Position numbers and translations under genes: made by a program
The notes under the pieces: model-generated
The model's input: the letters and a program-made list of their open reading frames with translations, nothing else
Database searches by the model: none
Told to the model about the DNA's origin: nothing
NCBI GenBank assembly: GCA_963842525.1
Contig: CAWJGT010000014.1
Location: 196,602 to 260,601, forward strand
Direction: 5' to 3'
Source of the DNA: an uncultured Holophagales bacterium
GTDB lineage: Bacteria; Acidobacteriota; Thermoanaerobaculia; Multivoradales; UBA5704
Length of the DNA stretch: 64,000 nucleotides
In this document: one piece after another, positions 16,795 through 26,543 of the stretch
Position numbering within the stretch: the stretch's first letter is position 1
Layout of the letters: every line of letters begins with the position of its first letter

Positions 16795-18557
16795 GCCCGC
16801 GGGGTCCGATCGCCGCGGCCGGCTCGGATGCGGGACGCGAGCGCGACATCAACGAGGACCGCGTCCTCGCCGAGACCGACAAGGGGATCTTCGCGGTCAT
16901 CGACGGCGTGGGCGGCGAGTCCGGCGGCGAGGTGGCCGCGCAGACCGCCCTCGACGTGCTCCGTGCCCGGCTCTCCCGGCGCACCACCGAGGTGGAACGG
17001 CTGGTGCGCGAAGCGATCGCCCAGGCCAACAAGCAGATCTGGGAGCGCGCGCAGGCCGAGCCCGAGCTCGCCGGCATGGCCTGCGTCCTGACCGTCGCGG
17101 TGCTCGACGGCACGGAGGCGACGGTCGGCCACGTCGGCGACAGCCGGCTCTACCTGCTGCGGCGCGGTGAGATCCGCAAGATGACCCGCGACCACTCCCC
17201 GGTGGGCATGCGCGAGGACGCCGGCGAGATCTCCGAGGCCGAGGCCATGCGCCACCCGCGGCGCAACGAGATCTTCCGCGACGTCGGCTCCGCCCCTCAC
17301 GAGCCGGACGAGGAAGGTTTCATCGACGTCCTGCGCGTGCCCTTCGATCCCGAGAGCGCGCTCCTGCTGTGCAGCGACGGCCTTTCCGACCTGGTGCCGT
17401 CGTCCCGCATCCTGGAGGTCGTGGAGCGCCGGGCCGGCAATCCCAAGGCCGCGGTGAAAGAGCTCCTCGCGGACGCCAACGAGGCGGGCGGCAAGGACAA
17501 TATTTCGATTGTGCTGGTCGAAGGGGAGCGCTTCGCCGACAGCATCCGGCGGGGCTCCGGTGATCGCAGAAAAGAAGTGAGCGCCGACACCCGGCGGCTG
17601 GGAGGAGACGACACCGCGGTGACCCCAGGAGTGTCCGGCTCGTCGGGGCCGCGGCCGGTGATCCGCGGCGCGGGGCGGGCCAAGCTCTCGGCAGGGGAGC
17701 GCTGGATCGAGGCGCTCACCGGCCGGACCGCCATCCTCCTCTACATCCTGATCCTGGTGGCCGCGGCCCTGTTCCTCCTGCGCGAGCCGCTGCGGGATGT
17801 AGTGAGCCGCTGGTGGCTCGGCGGTCCAGGCGCGCCGGACGCCCCGGCGCTCCTCCGCATCGGCCCGGGCGCCGCCGACCTGTCCATCACGGATGCCCTG
17901 GCGCAGGCGCAGCCGGGGCAGACGATCCAGGTCATGCCGGGCGAATACCGCGAGACGATCCAGCTCAAGGACGGGGTGCGGCTGGAGAGCGCGACGCCGC
18001 GCGGCGCGGTGATCCGGACCCCGCCGGGCGTCGCCCTGCCCGCGGTCTCGGCCGAGGGGGTCCAGCAGGCCCGCTTCGCCGGGTTCCGCATCGTGGGCAA
18101 TGCCGAGGCCCCGCTCACCGTCGGGCTGCGGCTGGCCGGCTCGGCCGTCGAGGTCGAGGACGTGGAGATCAGCGGGGCCACGACCGCGGGGGTCGAGGTC
18201 TCCGGCGCCGACCGGTCTGCCGTCCAGTTCTCCTTCATCCACGACAACCCCGGGACCGGCGTGATCGTCCGCGACCAGGCGGCACCGCGCCTGCAAAGGA
18301 ACCTGATCGCGAGCAACGGTGGCGGGCAGGGCGCGCAGGGCGATCCGCGGCCGGGTGTCGAAGTCCGCGGTGCGGCCCGGCCGCAGCTCATCGACAACCG
18401 GATCGAGGCCAACGCCGCCGCGGGGGTGTGGGTGCCCTCGGCCGACCGCGTGGACGAGATCTTCGGCTTCAATGCGTTCGGCTCGCTGACCAAGGAAAAG
18501 GCCGTGCGCGTCGCGCCGAAGCCGGGAGAGACGCCGCCGAGGAGGCCAGGACGATGA
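16791..18557 (+). CDS. PP2C/PPM Ser/Thr phosphatase + TM + right-handed beta-helix domain
   Basis: INED, VIDGVGG, HVGDSRLY, TRDHS, LCSDGL, GGKDN; TM; PGEYRETI and parallel beta-helix repeats. Confidence 0.9.
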   Translation: MSPRGPIAAAGSDAGRERDINEDRVLAETDKGIFAVIDGVGGESGGEVAAQTALDVLRARLSRRTTEVERLVREAIAQANKQIWERAQAEPELAGMACVLTVAVLDGTEATVGHVGDSRLYLLRRGEIRKMTRDHSPVGMREDAGEISEAEAMRHPRRNEIFRDVGSAPHEPDEEGFIDVLRVPFDPESALLLCSDGLSDLVPSSRILEVVERRAGNPKAAVKELLADANEAGGKDNISIVLVEGERFADSIRRGSGDRRKEVSADTRRLGGDDTAVTPGVSGSSGPRPVIRGAGRAKLSAGERWIEALTGRTAILLYILILVAAALFLLREPLRDVVSRWWLGGPGAPDAPALLRIGPGAADLSITDALAQAQPGQTIQVMPGEYRETIQLKDGVRLESATPRGAVIRTPPGVALPAVSAEGVQQARFAGFRIVGNAEAPLTVGLRLAGSAVEVEDVEISGATTAGVEVSGADRSAVQFSFIHDNPGTGVIVRDQAAPRLQRNLIASNGGGQGAQGDPRPGVEVRGAARPQLIDNRIEANAAAGVWVPSADRVDEIFGFNAFGSLTKEKAVRVAPKPGETPPRRPGR

Positions 18558-18576
18558 TGCACTGGCGCCGCGAGAG

Positions 18577-18708
18577 CCCCTCACCCCCCTGGCCCCCCTC
18601 TCCCATCCGCACTCCCGCCCGCACGGGAGAGGGGGGAAGGGATCTGTCAAAGCTCCCCTCTCCCGGGGGTTGGGGAGTGCGGATGGGAGAGGGGCCGGGG
18701 GTGAGGGG
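18577..18708. repeat. REP-like inverted pair (CCTCACCCC family)
   Basis: CCCTCACCCC..CCCTCTCCCATCCGCACTCCC / GGGAGTGCGGATGGGAGAGGGG..GGGGTGAGGGG. Confidence 0.8.
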
Positions 18709-18738
18709 TCTGCCCCCACAGGACGAGGTAGAGACGAC

Positions 18739-21042
18739 GTGTTGACGCAGCATCAGGTCGGCCGGTTCGAGATCCGGGACTTCCTCGGCCGCGGAGCCAT
18801 CGGCGACGTCTATCTCGCCTGGGACCCGCAGCGGCAGGGGGAGGTCGCGATCAAGCTCGTCCGCCTCCGCGGGACCGATCCCGAGATGCTGGACGCTGAG
18901 AAGAACGGCCTCCTCCTCCAGCGGCAGCTCGCCGAGGTGGCCTCCCAGGTCGCTTGCGTCTATGAGCAGGGGGAGGACGGTCCGTATTTCTGGGCCTCGA
19001 TGGAGTACGTGGCCGGAACCGATCTCTCGGACATCCTGGAGAATGGACCGCTGCCCGAGGAGCGCGCCGCCCGCATCGCCCACCAGATCTGCAGCCTCCT
19101 GGAGGTCACCCATCAGTTCTCCACCGAAGTTGGCGGGCGCCCGTCCGCGGGAGTGGTCCACGGCGACATCAAGCCGGAGAACATCCGCCTCCAGGACGGC
19201 GACCTAGTGCGCGTCCTGGACTTCGGGATCGCCAAGCACCTCTCGCAGACCCGGAAATTCACGGTCAACCTCTTCGGGAGCCTTCCCTACACGCCGCCCG
19301 AGCGCCTCGACCGCGGCGCGGTGGACTATCACTCGGACCTCTGGGCCGTCGGGGTCGTCCTCTACCGGATGGTGGCCGGGCGGTCGCCCTACTCCGGCAC
19401 CGATCCAGAGGAGCTGGAGAACCGCATCCGGCGCGGCGAGGCCCCCGAGCCGCTGCCGCGCGACGTGGCGCCGGGGCTGCGCCGGATCGTCCAGAAGTGC
19501 CTCGCCTTCCGGGTCGAGAACCGCTATCCCACGGCCGCGGCCTTCCGGGCCGACCTGGAGGCGTGGTTGGAGGGCCGGCCGCTGGCCGCCGAAGCCACTC
19601 CCGCCGAGACGGCCGAGGACCTGAACCTCACCCGCCGGACGGTCCGGCCGCTGGACGACGGCGACCGGACCCATTCGACCGTGGGCAGCGAGACGCGCAG
19701 GACCGACCTCCCGCCGGTCCCCATGGGCCGCGAGGTCGAGACCACCCGCCGCACCGGCGATCCGGACGCCGTGCCGCCGCCTCCTCCGATCCCGTTCTCT
19801 GAACCGGGAGACGCCGCGCCCGTGGAGGAAGCCGCTGCCCCGGAGCCCCGCCGGTACCGGCCCCGCAAGCGATGGCTCGTCGTCGCCGGCGTGCTGCTGA
19901 TGCTGTTCGGCGTTTCGCAGCTCTGGGTGCGCGGCGAGGCGCGGGAGATCCGGCAGATCCTCACGACCGAGAGGGACCCGGACCTCGACGGGCTTCTCGC
20001 CCGGTATCAGGGGATCGCCCGCTGGGACCCGTTCGGCCTGGGCCTCGGCGCCGCACGAGAGGAGCTGCGGGACGCCTTCGTCCGCGCGAGCGAGACCACG
20101 ATGGCCGCCTATCGGGGGGACAGCCCGACGACCACCGAACGCGGCTGGCAGCGCGCCTACGAATATCTGCAAGCGGCGCAGAACATCTCCTATACCGGAG
20201 GGACCCGGACCCATCTGCTCTACATCCGGGCCCAACTCGACCGCATCGAAGCCCAGGCGCTGCGGGCACGCGGCGAGACCGATCCGGCGCAGAAACGGAG
20301 CGAGGAGGCGATCTCCGGCTTCCGCACGGCGGCGCGACGGGACAAGGCCTTCGCCGACCCCTTCCTCGGCCTGGCACGGATTTACGCGTATGACCGCTTC
20401 GACCTCGACAAGCTGCGGGAGTCGCTCACCGAGCTCGAGCGCCGCGGCTACAAGCCCGGCCGGCGCGAGAAGGCCATGCTCGCCGACGGCTACCGCATGA
20501 GGGGGATCGAGATCCAGAACCGGGCCCTCCGCGAGCCGGAGCCCGACGACCAGATCAGCTCCCTGGAGTCGGCGCGCGACCACCTGGTGAAGGCGGTGGA
20601 CCAGTACGACGAGATCGGCGGCTATGCCAACGTCCGCACCAACCGCGCCGATGCCGAGCGGCGGATCGCCGCCATCGACCGGCGGCTCAACGAGCTCGGC
20701 CATCCCGACGTCTGGGACCGTTTCCGCGGCGTTCTCGAAGACCAGATCCTGCCCCAGATCGAAAAGGGGATGCGCAATGGCAGGGTGAAGATGGACACGA
20801 ACGAGAGCAACGACGACCTCGAACGGGAACGCAAGGCGGTCGAGGAGGAAAGGCAGGCGATCGACCGCGAGCGGAGAGCGCTCCAGCAGGCCCGGAGGAG
20901 ACAGCAGAGACAACAGGACCAGAGGCAGCAGCGGCAGGGCGAGGAAGCGGAGATCCCGGACGTCGAGGTCCAGGACGAGACGGGGACCGAAGGGACTCCC
21001 CCGCCTCCCTCGTCGCCGGGACGGGCGATGGCGGCATGCTGA
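18739..21042 (+). CDS. Hanks-type Ser/Thr protein kinase + TM + helical extracytoplasmic domain
   Basis: GRGAIGDVY, VAIK, HGDIKPEN, DFG, YTPPE, DLWAVG; GTG start after GAGGT. Confidence 0.9.
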   Translation: MLTQHQVGRFEIRDFLGRGAIGDVYLAWDPQRQGEVAIKLVRLRGTDPEMLDAEKNGLLLQRQLAEVASQVACVYEQGEDGPYFWASMEYVAGTDLSDILENGPLPEERAARIAHQICSLLEVTHQFSTEVGGRPSAGVVHGDIKPENIRLQDGDLVRVLDFGIAKHLSQTRKFTVNLFGSLPYTPPERLDRGAVDYHSDLWAVGVVLYRMVAGRSPYSGTDPEELENRIRRGEAPEPLPRDVAPGLRRIVQKCLAFRVENRYPTAAAFRADLEAWLEGRPLAAEATPAETAEDLNLTRRTVRPLDDGDRTHSTVGSETRRTDLPPVPMGREVETTRRTGDPDAVPPPPPIPFSEPGDAAPVEEAAAPEPRRYRPRKRWLVVAGVLLMLFGVSQLWVRGEAREIRQILTTERDPDLDGLLARYQGIARWDPFGLGLGAAREELRDAFVRASETTMAAYRGDSPTTTERGWQRAYEYLQAAQNISYTGGTRTHLLYIRAQLDRIEAQALRARGETDPAQKRSEEAISGFRTAARRDKAFADPFLGLARIYAYDRFDLDKLRESLTELERRGYKPGRREKAMLADGYRMRGIEIQNRALREPEPDDQISSLESARDHLVKAVDQYDEIGGYANVRTNRADAERRIAAIDRRLNELGHPDVWDRFRGVLEDQILPQIEKGMRNGRVKMDTNESNDDLERERKAVEEERQAIDRERRALQQARRRQQRQQDQRQQRQGEEAEIPDVEVQDETGTEGTPPPPSSPGRAMAAC

Positions 21043-23039
21043 CACAGCCGAAGGTCGGCCGGTTCGAGGTCCTGGGCCTCCTCGGCCGTGGGGCGGTCGG
21101 GGACGTCCACCTCGCCCGCGACCCCCTGACGGGCTCCGAGGTCGCCCTCAAGCTGATCCACATCGCCGCCGCCGATCCCGAGATGCTACAGGCCGAGAAG
21201 AACGGCGCCGTGCTGCAGAGGCAGCTCGCGGAGGCGGTCCCCCAGGTCGCCGCCGTCTACGACCTGGGCGAGGACGATCCGTACTTCTGGGTCGCCATGG
21301 AGCACGTCTCCGGCGTCGACCTCTCGATGTTGACCGCGGCCGGCCCCGTGCCCGAGGAGCGGGCGGTCCGCATCGCGCTCCAGCTCTGCGCGATCCTCGA
21401 CGCCGCGCACCGCTTCTCCGCCGAGATCGAGGGGGGCCGCGTAGCCTGTATCATCCACGGCGACATCAAGCCGGAGAACATCCGCCTCCAGGACGGCGAT
21501 CGCGTCCGCATCCTCGATTTCGGGATCGCCAAGCAGCTCTCCCAGACCCGCAAGTTCACGGTCAACCTCTTCGGCAGCCTCCCCTACACGTCGCCGGAGC
21601 GGCTGGAGCGCGGGGTGGTCGATCAGGCCTCGGACCTATGGGCCACGGGGGTCGTCCTCTACTGCCTGGTGAGCGGACGGCCTCCCTATGCCGGCCGTAC
21701 CGGCGAGGAGCTGGAGGTGAAGATCCGCCGCGGCGAGCCGATCGAGCCGGTGCCGGAGGCCTCTCCCGAGCTCGGCCGCATTCTCCGCAAGAGCCTCGCC
21801 TTCCGGCCGGAAGACCGCTATCCGACCGCGGCCGCCTTTGGCGCCGACCTCGAGGCCCTCCTCGCAGACCGCCCGGACATGCCCGCGGCCGACCCGGTCC
21901 CGGTCGAGGACCTTCATGCGACGCGGTACACCGCCAAGCCGCCGGAGGCCGCGGCCGGCGTCGAGACCCGCCGGACCGTCCCGCCTGCCGCACCTGCCGC
22001 ACCTGCCACAATGAACGCGGCATCACCCTGGGCCCGCGGAGGCCGGAGACTCTGGGGGTCCGCCCTTCTCCTGCTGCTCCTCGGCCTTGCGGGCACGCAG
22101 GCCTGGGTCCGTAGCGAAACACGGAACATCGAGCGCGAGCTCGCGGTCGAGCCTGTCGCCGATCTCGACGCGACCCTGGCGCGCTATCGCAACGCCGCCC
22201 GGCTCTCCCTCTTCGGCCTGGGCCTCGGTCCGGTGAGCGAGGAGCTCCGGCAGGAGCTGGTCCGAAGCGCCGAGGGGATCTTCGCCGGCTACCGGGGCGA
22301 CGCGCCGACCACGACCGACCGCGATTGGCAGCGGGCCCACGACTATCTGCGGACGGCCCTCGACATCGGCTATGACGATACCGAGGGCAACGCCCGCCTG
22401 ACCTATGTGCGCGCGCACCTCGACCGCCTGGAGGCACAGGCGCTGCGAACGCGCGGCGAGGCCGCAAAGGCCCGTGCAGCGAGCGAGCGGGCGGTCCAGG
22501 GTTTCCAGCAGGCGGCGCAGGCCGACAAGGATTGGCCGGACCCTCACCTGGCCCTGGCGTGGATCTACACCTACGACCGCTTCGACCTCGACCGGCTCCA
22601 GCAGACGATCGGCCATCTCGCGCGCCGCGGCTACCCGCTCGGCAAGCGGGAGACCGAGATGCTCGCCGACGGCTTCCGGACGAGAGGGATCGAGCTCCAG
22701 GAGCACGCCAGTCAGGTGACGAAGCCGGAAGACCGGAAAGCCGACCTCGCCATGGCGCGGGCCTTCCTCGGCCAGGCGCTGGAGTACTACGCCCGCATCC
22801 GCGGCTATTCGAACAGTGAGGCCAACCGCGACGACGCCGCGCGCCGGCTGGCCGAGGTGCGGCGGCGGCTCGCGTCGGGAGCCGCGGACAGGATCCGGAA
22901 CGCGCCTGGGGTTGAAACCCCAGGCTGGGCAGCGTCGCCTCCTCTGGAGGCGAGGGGTGGGCAGGGGGAGTCGCCCGGAGGGGCGAAGTTATCCAGCCTG
23001 GGGTTTCAACCCCAGGCGAGGAGAGATGCATGGGTGTGA
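21036..23039 (+). CDS. Ser/Thr protein kinase, tandem paralog of the previous gene
   Basis: GRGAVGDVH, HGDIKPEN, DFG, YTSPE; same architecture; tail reads through a REP element. Confidence 0.9.
   Translation: MLTQPKVGRFEVLGLLGRGAVGDVHLARDPLTGSEVALKLIHIAAADPEMLQAEKNGAVLQRQLAEAVPQVAAVYDLGEDDPYFWVAMEHVSGVDLSMLTAAGPVPEERAVRIALQLCAILDAAHRFSAEIEGGRVACIIHGDIKPENIRLQDGDRVRILDFGIAKQLSQTRKFTVNLFGSLPYTSPERLERGVVDQASDLWATGVVLYCLVSGRPPYAGRTGEELEVKIRRGEPIEPVPEASPELGRILRKSLAFRPEDRYPTAAAFGADLEALLADRPDMPAADPVPVEDLHATRYTAKPPEAAAGVETRRTVPPAAPAAPATMNAASPWARGGRRLWGSALLLLLLGLAGTQAWVRSETRNIERELAVEPVADLDATLARYRNAARLSLFGLGLGPVSEELRQELVRSAEGIFAGYRGDAPTTTDRDWQRAHDYLRTALDIGYDDTEGNARLTYVRAHLDRLEAQALRTRGEAAKARAASERAVQGFQQAAQADKDWPDPHLALAWIYTYDRFDLDRLQQTIGHLARRGYPLGKRETEMLADGFRTRGIELQEHASQVTKPEDRKADLAMARAFLGQALEYYARIRGYSNSEANRDDAARRLAEVRRRLASGAADRIRNAPGVETPGWAASPPLEARGGQGESPGGAKLSSLGFQPQARRDAWV
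22903..23018. repeat. REPIN-like element inside the kinase 3' end
   Basis: CGCCTGGGGTTGAAACCCCAGGC ... GCCTGGGGTTTCAACCCCAGGCG. Confidence 0.8.
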
Positions 23040-26000
23040 CCCTCAGCACCGCCGCCGAGCGCCGGCGGCGGCAGGCGCCGGCCGGCGTCCCGGGCCTCGG
23101 GCCCGCTCCCCGCGACCGCGAGACCCTGTTGCTCGCCGGCGCCCTGGTGGTCCTCCTCCTGGGCCTGGTCCTGGTCTATAAGGCGGTCACCCACCCGTTC
23201 GCCGAGGCCCAGGCGGCGATCGCCCGGGGGGACATCGTCGACCTCCAGACGCTCCGCCAGCCCGAGCAGCTCCTGCCGCTCCTCGCCTTCCTCGACGAGC
23301 CGGCCGAGCGGACCTTCGTGGCCCGCCGCATCTTCCGCCGCCTCCAGGAAGGGCCGGTGCCCAACGCCGGCGAGCTGGCGAAGATCCGGGTCCCCCTCTC
23401 CGAGATCGCAGACGCATCGAGCCTGCCGGTCCTGAGCAGGCGGGCCGAGGGGGTGCAGGCCCCGACCATTTCCCTGCTCACCTACGCGCAGCTCCGCGAG
23501 CTGAAGCCGCACGTCGTCGTGCGCAGCCCCGGGACCTTCAAATCCCGGTTCTGGCTCTGGGCTCTTCTGCTGCTGGCCGGCTTCCTCGTCCTCCATGTGG
23601 TCTGGCGGGTGAAGCGCTACCCAGGGGACGAGCTGCTGCTGCCGATCGTCTTCATCCTCTCCGGGCTCGGCCTGCTGCTGATGGCGAGCATCCGCGATCC
23701 GCTGCGCGACACCCTCCTCTTCCGGACCTTCGCGCAGGGCGTCCTCGCCGGCTGCGCGCTGCTGCTCGCCGGCAGCTTCCTCGACGTCGAGCGCTCGCCG
23801 CTGCGCCGGACGACTTTCGCCCCCCTCGGCCTGGCCGTCCTCCTCTCCATTCTTCTGATCCTCTTCGGCTCGGGCCCCGGAGGGAGCGACGCCAAGGTCA
23901 ACCTGTTCGGGTTCCAGCCGGTCGAGGCGGTCAAGATCCTGGTCGTCCTCTTCCTCGCGGGCTACTTCTTCGACCGCTGGGAGCTCCTGCGCGAGCTGAC
24001 CGAGCGGCGGGCCGGCCTCTCGGTGCTCCGGCGCTGGGTGCAGGTCCCGAAGATCGAGTACGCGGCGACGCCCATCGCCGCCATCGGCCTGGTGCTCGTC
24101 TTCTTCTTCCTGCAGAAAGACCTGGGCCCGGCGCTGGTGCTCTCGTTCCTCTTCCTCATCCTCTGGACCGTGGCGCGCGGCCGGGGACTGATGTTGGCCG
24201 TCGGAGCCGCCCTGGTGGCCTCGGCCTTCTGGATCGGCTACAAGCTCAACATCCCGCGCACGGTGAGCGGCCGCCTGGCCATGTGGGTTTCGCCGTGGGA
24301 CAACAGCTTCCGAGGCGGCGACCACCTGGCGCAATCGCTCTGGGCCATGGCGACCGGATCGCTGACCGGGACAGGCCTCGGCCTCGGCCAGCCCGGCGTG
24401 GTGCCGGAGGTCCACACCGACATGGTCCTGGCCGCGGTGGGCGAAGAGCTGGGGTTCGTGGGCGTCCTCACGATCCTCGCCCTCTACGTCGTGCTGATCT
24501 GGCGCGGCTTCCGGGCGGCCTACCGGGCGAGCGGGCTCTACAGCTTCTTCCTCGCGCTGGGCCTCACCCTGCTCCTGGCCCTCCAGATGCTGCTGATCGC
24601 GGGCGGCGTCCTCGGGGTCTTCCCGCTCTCGGGCGTGGTCTCGCCGTTCCTGAGCTCCGGCCGGTCGGCCATGCTCGCCAACTTCCTGATCGTGGGCCTC
24701 CTCCTGGCCATCTCGGCGCGGCCCGGCGACGGCTCGGCGGCCCGGCGGTTCCACGGCGCCGTGCGCTGGGTGGCTGTGGGCCTAAGCGTGCTGGCCGTGG
24801 GGATCGTGCTCAAGGCAGCCTTCGTCCAGGTCGTCCGGCCGAACAACTACCTCGTCCGCGGTGCCCTGACCCTGCAGGCGGACGGCTGGCGGCGCTTCCA
24901 GTACAACCCGCGGCTGGCCGAGATCGCGGACACCATCCCGCGCGGCTCGATCCTCGACCGCAACGGCATCCCGCTGGCGACCAGCGAGCCCAAGGAGCTG
25001 GACCGCCACCGGGCGACCTACGAGCGGCTGGGCAGCTCCCTCGAGCGGATCTCCGGCCGGCCGGGCACGCGGCTCTACCCCTTCGGCGGCAAGACCTTCC
25101 ATCTCCTGGGGGACCTCCGCAACCGGGTCAACTGGGCGGCGAGCAACACCTCCTACGCCGAGCGGGACTCGCGCATCCGGCTCCAGGGCTGGGACGACTA
25201 CGCCGCGGTCGTCGAGGTGCGGCAGCCCACGGGCGAGATGTCCGAGCTGGTGCAGGTCGACTACAGCGAGCTGATCCCCCTCATGCGGCACCGCCACCAG
25301 CCCGAGCACCCGGACGTGCAGAAGGTCCTCAAGCGCGACCGCAACCTCCGGATGTCGATCGACATCCGGCTGCAACTGCGGGCCGCCGCGATCCTGGAAC
25401 GCTACGCCGAGCAGTCCGGCCACGGCGCCGCGGCGGTGGTCCTCGACGCCGGCACCGGCGACCTCCTGGCCAGCGTGAGCTATCCCTGGCCGGAGCGGCT
25501 GCCGGTCAAGGCTTCCGAGGACCCGAAGGAGGGGGTCATCGACCGCGCGCGTTACGGTATCTATCCGCCGGGCTCGACCTTCAAGCTCGTCACGGCCATG
25601 GCGGCCTTGCGCAAAGATCCGGCGCTGGCAAGCCAGGTCTTCGAGTGCGTGCCGCTGCCGGACGGACGGGTCGGCAACCGGGTCCGCGGCTTCGGCAAGC
25701 CGATCCGGGACGATCCCAACGTCCATGCGGCGCACGGACGGGTGGACCTGGAGAAGGGCATCCGGGTCTCGTGCAACGCCTACTTCGCACAGCTCGGCAC
25801 CCTGGAGGTGGGCCCCGAGCCGCTCCTGGAGACGGCGAAGCTCTTCGGCATCTCGGTGGCGCAGCCGAACAGCGCGGAGCAGCTCGCGAAGTCGCTCCCC
25901 CAGTCCTCCTACGGCCAGGGGCAGGTGACCGCCACGCCGTTCCAGATGGCGCGGGTGGCCGCGACCGTGGCGAACGGAGGCCGGATGCCGCAAGGCCGCT

Positions 26001-26359
26001 GGGTGATCGACGACAGTAACGAGAGGAAAGCCGAGCCGATCGACGTGCTGACCGGTCCGCCCATCCGCCTCATCGCCCGTTCCATGCGCGGGGTGGTGAC
26101 CACCGGAACGGCCGCCGCTCTGGCGGGCATCCAGCCGCCGGTCGCCGGCAAGACCGGGACCGCCGAAGTGCAGGACAAGCGCTCCCACTCCTGGTTCGTG
26201 GCCTTCGCGCCCTTCGGAGCCTCCACCGAAGGCCAGCCGCCGGGGCGGAAGATCGCGGTGGGCGTGATCGTCGAGCACGGAGGCTATGGCGGCAGGCTCG
26301 CCGTGCCCGCGGCCGGAGAAATCATTCGTGCCGCGGCGGACCTGGGGTTGATACAGTGA
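23030..26359 (+). CDS. SEDS (RodA/FtsW) glycosyltransferase fused to a class-B PBP transpeptidase
   Basis: FQPVEAVK, QKDLGPAL, PEVHTDM, GEELG, PFLSSG; PRGSILDRNG; PGSTFK (SxxK), SCN (SxN), KTGT. Confidence 0.9.
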   Translation: MGVTLSTAAERRRRQAPAGVPGLGPAPRDRETLLLAGALVVLLLGLVLVYKAVTHPFAEAQAAIARGDIVDLQTLRQPEQLLPLLAFLDEPAERTFVARRIFRRLQEGPVPNAGELAKIRVPLSEIADASSLPVLSRRAEGVQAPTISLLTYAQLRELKPHVVVRSPGTFKSRFWLWALLLLAGFLVLHVVWRVKRYPGDELLLPIVFILSGLGLLLMASIRDPLRDTLLFRTFAQGVLAGCALLLAGSFLDVERSPLRRTTFAPLGLAVLLSILLILFGSGPGGSDAKVNLFGFQPVEAVKILVVLFLAGYFFDRWELLRELTERRAGLSVLRRWVQVPKIEYAATPIAAIGLVLVFFFLQKDLGPALVLSFLFLILWTVARGRGLMLAVGAALVASAFWIGYKLNIPRTVSGRLAMWVSPWDNSFRGGDHLAQSLWAMATGSLTGTGLGLGQPGVVPEVHTDMVLAAVGEELGFVGVLTILALYVVLIWRGFRAAYRASGLYSFFLALGLTLLLALQMLLIAGGVLGVFPLSGVVSPFLSSGRSAMLANFLIVGLLLAISARPGDGSAARRFHGAVRWVAVGLSVLAVGIVLKAAFVQVVRPNNYLVRGALTLQADGWRRFQYNPRLAEIADTIPRGSILDRNGIPLATSEPKELDRHRATYERLGSSLERISGRPGTRLYPFGGKTFHLLGDLRNRVNWAASNTSYAERDSRIRLQGWDDYAAVVEVRQPTGEMSELVQVDYSELIPLMRHRHQPEHPDVQKVLKRDRNLRMSIDIRLQLRAAAILERYAEQSGHGAAAVVLDAGTGDLLASVSYPWPERLPVKASEDPKEGVIDRARYGIYPPGSTFKLVTAMAALRKDPALASQVFECVPLPDGRVGNRVRGFGKPIRDDPNVHAAHGRVDLEKGIRVSCNAYFAQLGTLEVGPEPLLETAKLFGISVAQPNSAEQLAKSLPQSSYGQGQVTATPFQMARVAATVANGGRMPQGRWVIDDSNERKAEPIDVLTGPPIRLIARSMRGVVTTGTAAALAGIQPPVAGKTGTAEVQDKRSHSWFVAFAPFGASTEGQPPGRKIAVGVIVEHGGYGGRLAVPAAGEIIRAAADLGLIQ

Positions 26360-26525
26360 CCTCACCCCCTGTCCCCCTCTCCCATCGCCCCCCCTTCCCC
26401 CGGGAGAGGGGGAACGTAGTTGGTGCTCTCTCACAAAAAGCCTCGACCTCGCCTGTAAGCCCGAGCTACGTCCCCCCTCTCCCGGGGGAAGGGGGGGCGA
26501 TGGGAGAGGGGGACAGGGGGTGAGG
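26360..26525. repeat. REP-like inverted pair (same family as 15555-15762)
   Basis: near-identical arms to 15555-15762. Confidence 0.85.
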
Positions 26526-26543
26526 TTCAGATAGGATCAAGCC

